A stretch of DNA of 53,090 bases. Source: Chloroflexota bacterium (GTDB lineage: Bacteria > Chloroflexota > Limnocylindria > Limnocylindrales > CSP1-4). The DNA is taken from the NCBI GenBank assembly GCA_045804885.1, contig JBJMMH010000086.1, positions 1-53,090 of the forward strand, in the 5' to 3' direction. A program made the position numbers and the translations under genes. The notes beneath the pieces were generated by a model. The model was not told where the DNA came from. It ran no database searches and was given only the letters and a program-made list of their open reading frames with translations. The first letter of the stretch is position 1. Every line of letters begins with the position of its first letter. Positions 35,162 through 43,032 of this stretch are shown here, in pieces.

Positions 35162-36144
35162 CGACGGCTTCCGCGACCTCGGCGGCGGGCGGAACGTACG
35201 GCGGCCTGCTCGCGGGGTCGGTCGCCGGGACGCCGCCCCGGACGAAGGCCGCTCCGGGCCCCGGCCCGACCCCAGAGGCGCTCCTCCGCGCCCTCGACGT
35301 CACGGTCGGGCGGACGATCCACGGCCTCATCCCCGGGGAGTTCCGGGCGCATGATCGTGGCGGCGGCACCGAGCTCGCCCAGATCCGGCCATACGAGCCC
35401 GGCGACGACGTCCGGCAGATCGACTGGAACGTCACGGCTCGCATGACCGTGCCCCACGTCCGGGTCCACGTCCCGGAGCGGGCCCTCACCACGTGGCTGC
35501 TCCTCGACGTCTCGCCGTCGATGACGTTCGGCACGGCCGACCGCCGCAAGGCCGACGTTGCGGAGGGCGTGGCGCTCGCGGTCGGCCATCTCGCCACGCA
35601 ACGCGGCAACCGGCTCGGGATCGCCACGTTCGGCGGGACGCGCGACGTCCGCCTCAAGCCGGCTGGGGGCCGACAGGGCCTGCTCGCCGCGCTCGTCGCC
35701 GCCCGTACGGACCAGGCGGTCGAGACGCGGATGGGCGCCGTCACCGCCGCAGCCGCCCTTCGCTTCATCGGCCACGCCGCGCCGCATGGCGGCCTCGTCG
35801 TCGTGGTCAGCGACTTCCGCGGACCGCGAGATTGGGCGGCCGCGATGGCCGGCGTCGCCTCGAGGTCGGCCGTCCTCGCCGTCGAGATCCGCGATCCGCG
35901 GGAAGACGACCTGACCGACGTCGGCACGCTGACGCTCGTCGACGGCGAAACGGGCCGCGAGGTCCGCGTCGAGACGTCGTCGCGGCAGCTGCGCGAGCGT
36001 TTCGCGAAGGCCGCGGCCGACGAGCGAGCCGACCTCGCCCGCGAACTGCGCCGTCTTGGCGCTCGTCACGTCGTCCTCTCGACCTCGGGGAGCTGGCTTC
36101 GGTCGCTCGCCGGCCAGCTGAAGACCATCCGGAGAGCCTCATGA
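35158..36144 (+). CDS. DUF58 family protein (MoxR partner)
   Basis: 328 aa. ATGA overlap with moxR. Signature IRPYEPGDDVRQIDWNVTAR. Confidence 0.88.
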   Translation: MTTASATSAAGGTYGGLLAGSVAGTPPRTKAAPGPGPTPEALLRALDVTVGRTIHGLIPGEFRAHDRGGGTELAQIRPYEPGDDVRQIDWNVTARMTVPHVRVHVPERALTTWLLLDVSPSMTFGTADRRKADVAEGVALAVGHLATQRGNRLGIATFGGTRDVRLKPAGGRQGLLAALVAARTDQAVETRMGAVTAAAALRFIGHAAPHGGLVVVVSDFRGPRDWAAAMAGVASRSAVLAVEIRDPREDDLTDVGTLTLVDGETGREVRVETSSRQLRERFAKAAADERADLARELRRLGARHVVLSTSGSWLRSLAGQLKTIRRAS

Positions 36145-37205
36145 CCTTCGCCTCACCGGAGCTCCTCGTGGGGCTCCTCCTTGTCCCCGCCGCCGTCGGC
36201 GTCTACCTGCTCGTGCAGCGACGTCGCAACCGTTACGCGGTTCGATTCACGAACGTCGACCTGCTCGCGAACATCGCCCCGAAGACCCCCGCCTGGCGGC
36301 GTCACGTGCCGCCGGTCCTGTATCTCGTCGCGATCACGGCCCTCGTCATCGGGCTGGCCCGGCCGTCGATGGTGATGGCGGTGCCGCGAGAAGAGGCGAC
36401 GATCGTCCTCGCGATCGACGTCTCCCGCTCGATGCGGGCCACGGACGTGGAGCCGACCCGACTCGACGCCGCGCAGAAGGCCGCGTCGGAGTTCGTCGAC
36501 CAGCTGCCGCCGTCGTTCAAGGTCGCGCTCGTCGTGTTCTCGACCGAGGCCCGCATCGCGCTGCCTCCGACGAGCGACCGCGGCGAGGTCCACCACGCGA
36601 TCGACAGCCTCGTCGCCAACGGCGGAACCGCGATGGGCGATGCGATCGAGCTGTCGCTCGAGGCTGCCGGCGTCACCCAGAGCGGCTCGAGCGGCATCCT
36701 CGGCCAGGACCCCGCCGCCTCGCCCACACCCGACCCGTCGTCCGCGCCCAGCGCCTCCGCCTCGCCCGATCCCTCGGCGTCGCCGGCGCCCCGGGAAAAG
36801 CCACTGGTCGCGACCGTGCTCCTCAGCGACGGCGCCAACTCGACCGGCACGCTCGAGCCGCAGCAGGCCGCCGATCGCGCCGCCGAGGCGGGCGTCCCGG
36901 TCTACACGATCGCCCTCGGCACCGCGGACGGCACCGTCGACGTCCCCAACCCGTTCGGCCAGACCGAGCAGATGCCGGTTCCTCCCGACACCGACACGCT
37001 CGCAGCGGTGGCCGAGACGACCGGGGCGAAGTTCTTCAGCGCCCCGTCGGCCGAGGACCTCGCCCAGATCTACGAGAACCTCGGTTCGAAGGTCGGCTAC
37101 ACCCAACAGGAGCAGGAAGTGACCCAGCTCTTCGCCGGCGCCGCGCTGCTCTTCGTGCTCGCGGGGGCGGGACTCGCCGCTCACTGGTTCAACCGCTTCC
37201 CGTGA
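36141..37205 (+). CDS. VWA-domain membrane protein (BatA-like)
   Basis: ATG at 36141 within an ATGA overlap. Two N-terminal TM segments, MIDAS motif AIDVSRSM, a Pro/Ser/Ala-rich insertion and a C-terminal TM. The track ORF from 35493 overshoots. Confidence 0.88.
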   Translation: MTFASPELLVGLLLVPAAVGVYLLVQRRRNRYAVRFTNVDLLANIAPKTPAWRRHVPPVLYLVAITALVIGLARPSMVMAVPREEATIVLAIDVSRSMRATDVEPTRLDAAQKAASEFVDQLPPSFKVALVVFSTEARIALPPTSDRGEVHHAIDSLVANGGTAMGDAIELSLEAAGVTQSGSSGILGQDPAASPTPDPSSAPSASASPDPSASPAPREKPLVATVLLSDGANSTGTLEPQQAADRAAEAGVPVYTIALGTADGTVDVPNPFGQTEQMPVPPDTDTLAAVAETTGAKFFSAPSAEDLAQIYENLGSKVGYTQQEQEVTQLFAGAALLFVLAGAGLAAHWFNRFP

Positions 37206-37834
37206 TACGCGGCGGTCGGCGGGCTGTCGCCCGATCGCGTCGCCCCTCGCCTCATCGCCCCGGAGGGGGATGCGTCCGACCAGACGTCCGCGGGCAGCCG
37301 CGGTCCATGCCGCCGCACGAGGAGGTCGCCACTGAACGTCGCCAGGCCTCGGACGAGGCAACCGACCAACCGAACGCATCCAGGAGACTGACCTTGGAAC
37401 ACAGTGATCGACTGTGGGACGCGCTGGATCAGGATCCGGCTCCCACTCATCCAGGCACCGCGTCGTGGACCGCGCCGGTGGCTCACGATCCAGTCGCCGC
37501 TCCGGCGGCCCGCGCGTCGTCGGTCCGGCTCGGCGGCTCGCGCCGCGGCATCGCGACCGCGCTGCTCGCTGCGGGGCTGCTGATCGTCGGCGGCGTCGCC
37601 GCCGTCTCGGCCGCCGATCCCTCGGCGCCGCCAGCGCCGAGCGCGTCGAGCGAGCCGTCGGATCCGGGTTCGTCGGGCCAGCCCGCCAACCCGACCACGC
37701 CCAACGGGGTCACCGGCCAGCACCGCGGCAACTGCCCGGCGGATGGCTCCGGCGGCGGCTCGGACAACGGCTCGGGCGGCAGCGGCGGCTCGAGCACCTC
37801 CCCGGACGCGTCGCCGGACGCCTCCGGCCTCTAG
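37202..37834 (+). CDS. Single-pass membrane protein with a disordered Gly/Ser/Pro-rich exterior (hypothetical)
   Basis: GTGA overlap with the VWA gene stop. TM IATALLAAGLLIVGGVAAV followed by a low-complexity tail. The start could instead be the ATG at 37307. Confidence 0.5.
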   Translation: MIRGGRRAVARSRRPSPHRPGGGCVRPDVRGQPRSMPPHEEVATERRQASDEATDQPNASRRLTLEHSDRLWDALDQDPAPTHPGTASWTAPVAHDPVAAPAARASSVRLGGSRRGIATALLAAGLLIVGGVAAVSAADPSAPPAPSASSEPSDPGSSGQPANPTTPNGVTGQHRGNCPADGSGGGSDNGSGGSGGSSTSPDASPDASGL

Positions 37835-37848
37835 CTCGCGCCTCCTCC

Positions 37849-37876
37849 CGGCCCCGGTCCGCACGGACCGGGGCCG
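37849..37876 (+). terminator. Intrinsic terminator-like hairpin ending the MoxR operon
   Basis: 12-bp perfect stem cggccccggtcc / ggaccggggccg with loop gcac, followed by ttcccgttgt. Starts 15 nt after the stop at 37834. Confidence 0.65.
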
Positions 37877-37987
37877 TTCCCGTTGTCACGGTTTGGCACG
37901 GCCCTGCAATTGCCAGCCCGGAGCTGCTTCGGCGCCCGCGTCCGACGCCGCGTGACGATGGCCGGCGACACCAGGGAGGCAACCTTC

Positions 37988-38818
37988 ATGAGCGAAACCA
38001 CCGTCGCCGGACCCTTCGGCGCGCTCCGCGTCGTCGTCCCCGACGATGAGCCAGCGCGCTCGGGCGCCGGCTCAGTGCCGGTTCTCTTCGCCCATTCGTT
38101 CGCGGGCAGCTCGGTCCAGTGGGCGCCTCAGCTCGCACACGCCGGTGAGACCCGGCGCGCGGCCGCGCTCGACTTGCACGGCCACGGGCGCTCGGATGCA
38201 GCTCCGCGCGCGCCGTGGGACGTCCCGTCGTTCGCCCGGGACATCGGCGCAGCGGCGGACGCGCTCGAGTTCGACCGCTTCGTCCTCGTCGGCCACAGCC
38301 TCGGTGGGGCCGCCGCCCTCGCCTATGCGGCGGACCATCCGGAGCGGGTCGCGGGGCTTGTCCTCGTTGCGACGCCAGGACGGATGCCGGACGAGCAGGT
38401 CCGGGGCGTGGTCGGCGCGCTGAACCGGGACTTTGACGGCACGATGGCCGGGATCTGGAGGCGGCTCCTCGCGAACGCGACGCCCGCGACGCGGCGCACC
38501 GTCGAGGGCGAGAGCGACCGGCTCCCGAAGGATGTTGCGAAGCGGATCATCCGGGCGACGTTCGAGTTCGACCCCGTCCCGGCACTACGGAGCTACCACG
38601 GGCCGCGGCTCACGGTCTCGACCCCCGAGGAGGGTCCCGTCCAGGAGCTGCACGAGGTCGTGCGGGGCGTCGAGCACGAGACGGTCGAGGGCACCAGTCA
38701 CTGGATCCAGCTCGACGACCCTGATCGGTTCGACGGCATCCTCGACGCGTTCCTCGAGCGGATCGACGCGGCAAGCGCCGTGAGCGCGCCGTCCGCGTCG
38801 GCGGCCGGCGTCCGCTAG
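37988..38818 (+). CDS. Alpha/beta hydrolase fold protein
   Basis: ATG at 37988 with GGGAGG 9 nt upstream. Nucleophile elbow GHSLGG and an HG-type oxyanion region (VLFAHSFAG). The track ORF from 37883 overshoots. Confidence 0.85.
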   Translation: MSETTVAGPFGALRVVVPDDEPARSGAGSVPVLFAHSFAGSSVQWAPQLAHAGETRRAAALDLHGHGRSDAAPRAPWDVPSFARDIGAAADALEFDRFVLVGHSLGGAAALAYAADHPERVAGLVLVATPGRMPDEQVRGVVGALNRDFDGTMAGIWRRLLANATPATRRTVEGESDRLPKDVAKRIIRATFEFDPVPALRSYHGPRLTVSTPEEGPVQELHEVVRGVEHETVEGTSHWIQLDDPDRFDGILDAFLERIDAASAVSAPSASAAGVR

Positions 38819-40197
38819 CCGATCGTCATCGCCCGGTCGCTTCGCAGCAGGAACGGCGGCAGCCAGGCGGGGATGTTGGAGAACGGCAGGACATCCGGGT
38901 GGAGGTCGATGCCGAGCGCGTCGGCCATGAACCCGCGCCGCGCCTCGACCCTCGCCCAGGCGTCCGGGTAGGCGGCCGCGAACGCGGCCCGCAGCGAGCC
39001 GTCGGCGAGTGCGATGCCGTCCTCGATGTTCGTCGTGAAGTAGTCCGTGCCGGTCGCCGGGATCACGTCGACCTGGAACGCCATGCCGGACCGGAGCTCG
39101 ATCGCCGACCCCGGCGAGATCGGCGAGTTGACCCATTCGTCGAGCTGGATCTGGTGGCCTGGGTTCAGGAAGATCCCGAAGAACGGGTCGCCCAGATGGC
39201 GGTCGACGATCGCGTGCAGTGCGCCGCCCGTTTGGCCGATTCGCATCGCGCCGTACCACTCCGCGATCGCGGCGAAATACGGGCCGACCAGCTTCTCGAC
39301 GTAGTCCCGAATGCCGGACGGCAGCTCTGCGGCATCCTCGACGACGAAGCCCGCGCGGCAGTTGAGCGCGCCCCAGATGCCGAACGCGGTCGTGAACCGG
39401 TCGCCGCGCTCGATCGGCCGGTCACCGGGGCTGAGAAGGCCCAGCGTCGCCCGCGGACCCGCGGACAGCATCAGATGGCACGAGAGCGGCCACCCGTTCC
39501 AGCCGAGCAGGGCGACCGCCTCACGCTCGGTCATGCCGGGTCGCAGCCCGTGGAGCAGCCGCAGCACGCCGCTGGACGTCTGGCACGCCGCCCATTCCAT
39601 CAGCGCGAGCTGCTCAACCTCGTTGATCACCCGCAGGCCGTCGGCAGCGTCGATGAGCAACGCCGTTGCGTTGTCCACCACGCCGGACGCGCCGGTCAGC
39701 GTCCGCAGCTCATCGACGAGGAACGCCGGCGCGTCGAGCCGGTCCGGTCGGTCGTACGCCTTCCAGCCGACGACGCCGATACGCGAGCCGGACGCGACGC
39801 CGGCGGCGGCGAGGATCTCCGAGAGCGGCCTCGACCGGTCCCGCGGCTGGCTCGGCAGGCTCAGGTCCTGGAACAGGACCCGGTCCATCTCGAGCGGCGC
39901 CGCGCCGGCCATGCCCCAACACTCGTTGCCGACGAGGACGACCGGCCTGCCGGTCGGCGCCACGACGAGGATCGCCTCCTCGAACCGAGGGTCGAACCCC
40001 GTGAGGTAGGCGAGGTTCGCGCTGTGCTCCCGGTCGGCGTAGACGACGACGCGGTCGTAGCCTCGTTGGGCCATCCGCTCGCGGAGTCGATCGAGGCGGG
40101 AGGGATACAGCGCTGGCGGCAGCTCGGGCGAAGCGGCCGGCATGCCGAAGTCGGGGAGATCGACGTCGGCCAGCCGGGCCGCGCGTGCGACTGCCAT
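38815..40197 (-). CDS. M24-family metallopeptidase-like protein (creatinase/prolidase N-terminal domain plus pita-bread domain)
   Basis: The start ATG at 40197 shares one base with the upstream TGA (TGATG). N-terminal region RLDRLRERMAQRGYDRVVVYADREHSANLAYLTGF is typical of the Xaa-Pro peptidase/creatinase N-domain. No signal peptide. Confidence 0.75.
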   Translation of the reverse strand: MAVARAARLADVDLPDFGMPAASPELPPALYPSRLDRLRERMAQRGYDRVVVYADREHSANLAYLTGFDPRFEEAILVVAPTGRPVVLVGNECWGMAGAAPLEMDRVLFQDLSLPSQPRDRSRPLSEILAAAGVASGSRIGVVGWKAYDRPDRLDAPAFLVDELRTLTGASGVVDNATALLIDAADGLRVINEVEQLALMEWAACQTSSGVLRLLHGLRPGMTEREAVALLGWNGWPLSCHLMLSAGPRATLGLLSPGDRPIERGDRFTTAFGIWGALNCRAGFVVEDAAELPSGIRDYVEKLVGPYFAAIAEWYGAMRIGQTGGALHAIVDRHLGDPFFGIFLNPGHQIQLDEWVNSPISPGSAIELRSGMAFQVDVIPATGTDYFTTNIEDGIALADGSLRAAFAAAYPDAWARVEARRGFMADALGIDLHPDVLPFSNIPAWLPPFLLRSDRAMTIG

Positions 40198-41888
40198 CAG
40201 CTCCTCCCCGTCCAGACGATGGGTTCCGGTGCTCCCCGGCGGATCGTCGAACGCGAGCCTGCGTCGAGGTGCTGCCACGGCCCCACCTCGCCGTCCGGCC
40301 AGGTGACCCGGACGTCCGCAGCCGGAGCCGAGCCGAGACCGAACTGGATCCAGCCGAGCTGGCCGCTGGCGTGGCCGCCACCGACCGTGACCTCCCGTTG
40401 CAGGCTCCGATCACCGGCTCGGATCTCGATCCAGGACCCTATCGCATCGGCGTTCGGGCCTGGCTGCTCGAGTTGGACGGAGACCCAGTTGCCCAGCGGG
40501 CGGGGAGCGGCCGCCGTCCCGGCGCCGACGTTTCGCCACAGCTTGACGTTCTCCCGCCGAGTGACCTCGACGACGTCGAGGAGGCCGTCGAGGTTGAAGT
40601 CGGCGATCGCGGCGCCCCGCCCTTTCGCGAACGTCAGGAGGCCGGCATCCCCGGCGGCCTCCCGGAACGTGCCGTCGCCGTTGCCGAGGAACAGGTCCGT
40701 CGGGTCCTTCGCCGCCATGTCGATCTCGGCGTCGACGTTGCCCTTCGTCACGAGGAGGTCGGGGAGCGAATCATTGTTGACATCCTCGAACTGGGCGTGC
40801 CATGCGGTCGAGGGCAGATGCTCGTCTCCCGCGAACGGCCGCGTCGCGATAACGCCACGGGCGAGCGCGCTGTCGCGGTACGTCGGCCCGCGCGACGGGG
40901 CCGGCGCGTCGGCGAGCGTCTGGAGCTTGTTGTCGCCCTGGCTCGTCAGGTACACCTCGGGGTAGCCGTCACCGGTCAGGTCCTGGCTCGCGATCCCCAT
41001 CCCCCAGATCCGCAGCGGCTTCCAGCCGTCATCGGCCGTGTACAGCCTGGGAGCCTCGCCCGGACCGATCCGCCAGAGCTGCTCCTCGCCGCCGCTGGCG
41101 TCGGTGTAATAGTGCCGGTCGTTCGAGACGCGGAGGTCGCGCCGACCGGAGCGCGACCAGTCGCTGAACAGCATCGAGAGCGGGCACCAACCGGGAGCGA
41201 GCGCGATCGGTGGCGCGTACCCGACGCCGCCGGCCGACGGCCGGACGATCACGTTCGGCGGGCACGTGTACGTCGCGTCGCCGTGCTCGTCCACCGTCAC
41301 ATACCGCCCGAACGCGAGCGTCGGCAGGGCGTTGCGGGCCTCCCACATCGCGGAGAATGCGACCGTCCAGCCAACACCGGCGTCGACCCCAAGGGACTCG
41401 TTCGCCCGCTCGAATCGGCAGTCGCCGAGACCCCTCAGGATCACGCTCTCGCCGACTCGCAGGACCGCGAGGTCCGTCACGCCGTCGCCGTCGACGTCGA
41501 GCGGGTAGGCGCCGGTCACCGCGTCGAGGTCGGTCGTCGCGCTCGCGACCCGGGTGAACCGCAGGGCGCCGCCAGGCGGGCTCTCGTTGCGGAAGAGCGC
41601 GGCCGGCCCGGATCCGCCCGCCAAGTAGAGCTCGGGCTGGCCGTCGGCATCACAGTCGAAGCTCGCGACGCCGCCGCCGACGTAGTACTGGTAGTCGCCC
41701 TCGTATCGATGGTCGAGGCCCGCACCAGCCGCCTCCTCGACGAAGAGTGGGACGGTCGTCGGCGCGGATCCACCGAGGGCGCCGAGGCGCCTCGCGGCGA
41801 ACAGGCTCCCGGTCGCGATGACGGTGATGGCGAGCGCGCCGCCGATGACCGCCGTTCGTCGTCGATTCACGGCTGCGCATTGAAGCAC
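40197..41888 (-). CDS. CRTAC-type protein: FG-GAP/VCBS repeats plus an ASPIC/UnbV C-terminal domain, exported or membrane-anchored
   Basis: 563 aa. N-terminal NRRRTAVIGGALAITVIATGSLFAA. Repeated D-x-D-G-D-G loops (DVDGDGVTDL, DLTGDGYPEV, DFNLDGLLDV). C-terminal VTVGGGHASGQLGWIQFGLG is typical of UnbV_ASPIC. Confidence 0.8.
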   Translation of the reverse strand: MLQCAAVNRRRTAVIGGALAITVIATGSLFAARRLGALGGSAPTTVPLFVEEAAGAGLDHRYEGDYQYYVGGGVASFDCDADGQPELYLAGGSGPAALFRNESPPGGALRFTRVASATTDLDAVTGAYPLDVDGDGVTDLAVLRVGESVILRGLGDCRFERANESLGVDAGVGWTVAFSAMWEARNALPTLAFGRYVTVDEHGDATYTCPPNVIVRPSAGGVGYAPPIALAPGWCPLSMLFSDWSRSGRRDLRVSNDRHYYTDASGGEEQLWRIGPGEAPRLYTADDGWKPLRIWGMGIASQDLTGDGYPEVYLTSQGDNKLQTLADAPAPSRGPTYRDSALARGVIATRPFAGDEHLPSTAWHAQFEDVNNDSLPDLLVTKGNVDAEIDMAAKDPTDLFLGNGDGTFREAAGDAGLLTFAKGRGAAIADFNLDGLLDVVEVTRRENVKLWRNVGAGTAAAPRPLGNWVSVQLEQPGPNADAIGSWIEIRAGDRSLQREVTVGGGHASGQLGWIQFGLGSAPAADVRVTWPDGEVGPWQHLDAGSRSTIRRGAPEPIVWTGRS

Positions 41889-41923
41889 ATGCGAGCGGAT
41901 ACGGCGCCCGTCAGATCACGTCC

Positions 41924-42931
41924 TCAGGCCGGCGCGGGATGGCCCGCCTCTGCCGCAGCGAAGACGCGCTCGATGACCCGCATGTTCGCGACCGCGTCCG
42001 ACGGCGGGACCGGCGTCGGGAGCTCGTCCAGGATTGCCGCCGCGAACGCCTCGGCCTGCGCGGCATACGGGTCTTTCCTCTCGAACCGGAAGGTCTCGGT
42101 GGCGGGCGCGACCGGCGGATCACCACCCTTCGTCAGGTAGATCTCGGTCGGGTGGTCCGTCGGGATATTGAATGGGATTCCGATCGAGAGGCGGCCCTCA
42201 GACCCGTAGACGTTCACGCGCTGGTCGGTCTCGGTCCGAATCGAGCAGCCGAAGGACGCGATGCCGTTCTCGAACTCGAGGAGACCGGCGGTCAGGATGT
42301 CGACGCCGTCCCCGCCGTCCCGGACGATCGATGCCTCGACCCGCGTCGGCTCGCCGCCGAACAGCATCCGCGAGAGGTTGATGCAGTAGCAGCCCACGTC
42401 GTAGAGCGCGCCGCCTCCGAACTCGCGGACGTTGCGGATGTTCGAGGGATCGTCGTTATAGAAGCCGAACCAGGTCTGGATCGCCTCGAGCCGACCGATC
42501 CTGCCGGAGACGACTAGCTCGCGGAGGGCCACCCATGACGGATGGTGCCGATACATGAACGCCTCCATGAGCCGGACGCCCGCCCGCTCGCAGGCGTCGA
42601 CCATGCGCTCGGCGTCCGCGGCGGTCAGGGCGATCGGCTTCTCGCACAGGACGTGCTTGCCGGCGGCGGCCGCGGCGAGCGTCCACTCGAGGTGGAGATG
42701 GTTCGGCAGCGGGATGTAGACGGCGTCGACGTCGGGGTCGGCGAGGAGCGCCTCGTAGGAGCCGTGGCTGCGGGGGATCGATAGCCGCTCGGCGACGCGG
42801 GCGGCGGTTCCGCTTTGGCGCGAGGCGATCGCGACGATCTCGGAGCGCGCGGCGCGGCGGATGCCAGGGATCACCTTCTCCGTCGCGATGTTGGCGGTGG
42901 ACAGGATCCCCCAACGGAGCGTCGTCGTCAT
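41924..42931 (-). CDS. Gfo/Idh/MocA family NAD(P)-dependent oxidoreductase
   Basis: ATG at 42931 preceded by GGAGGG. Motifs RWGILSTANIA and VLCEKP. The track ORF from 43030 overshoots. Confidence 0.88.
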   Translation of the reverse strand: MTTTLRWGILSTANIATEKVIPGIRRAARSEIVAIASRQSGTAARVAERLSIPRSHGSYEALLADPDVDAVYIPLPNHLHLEWTLAAAAAGKHVLCEKPIALTAADAERMVDACERAGVRLMEAFMYRHHPSWVALRELVVSGRIGRLEAIQTWFGFYNDDPSNIRNVREFGGGALYDVGCYCINLSRMLFGGEPTRVEASIVRDGGDGVDILTAGLLEFENGIASFGCSIRTETDQRVNVYGSEGRLSIGIPFNIPTDHPTEIYLTKGGDPPVAPATETFRFERKDPYAAQAEAFAAAILDELPTPVPPSDAVANMRVIERVFAAAEAGHPAPA

Positions 42932-43009
42932 CGTCCCTCCTCGTCCGGCCAGCGTAGGCGCCCGCGCCGGCTTGACACTCACTCGGCCGATGTAAGAGTC
43001 TGTCACACG

Positions 43010-43032
43010 TTTTGAAAGAGAGGAACACAAAA
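43010..43032. promoter_or_regulatory. 23-bp inverted repeat TTTTG-N13-CAAAA, candidate XylR (ROK) operator, copy A
   Basis: ttttgaaagagaggaacacaaaa. With flanks it is 20/25 identical to copy B at 50681-50705, in the same orientation. It lies in the divergent Gfo/xylR control region, and TTGACA sits at 42972-42977. Confidence 0.5.

Noticed and set aside
38899-42140. Very long + strand ORFs (688 aa at 38899-40965, 651 aa at 40185-42140) opposite the M24, CRTAC and Gfo genes
   Set aside because: They are Arg/Pro/Asp-rich low-complexity translations with no SD-supported starts. The minus-strand genes carry family motifs and coupled start/stop signals, so these are GC artefacts. The same reasoning applies to 1618-2916, 2980-4269, 8009-9316, 16869-18167, 32635-33927, 44230-45672 and 48932-50833.
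42972-42977. Perfect TTGACA hexamers in three regulator-proximal intergenic regions (5675-5680, 14372-14377, 42972-42977) as -35 promoter elements
   Set aside because: They are suggestive in GC-rich DNA. However, I could not pair any of them with a convincing -10 (TANNNT) at 16-18 nt spacing, so I make no promoter calls.
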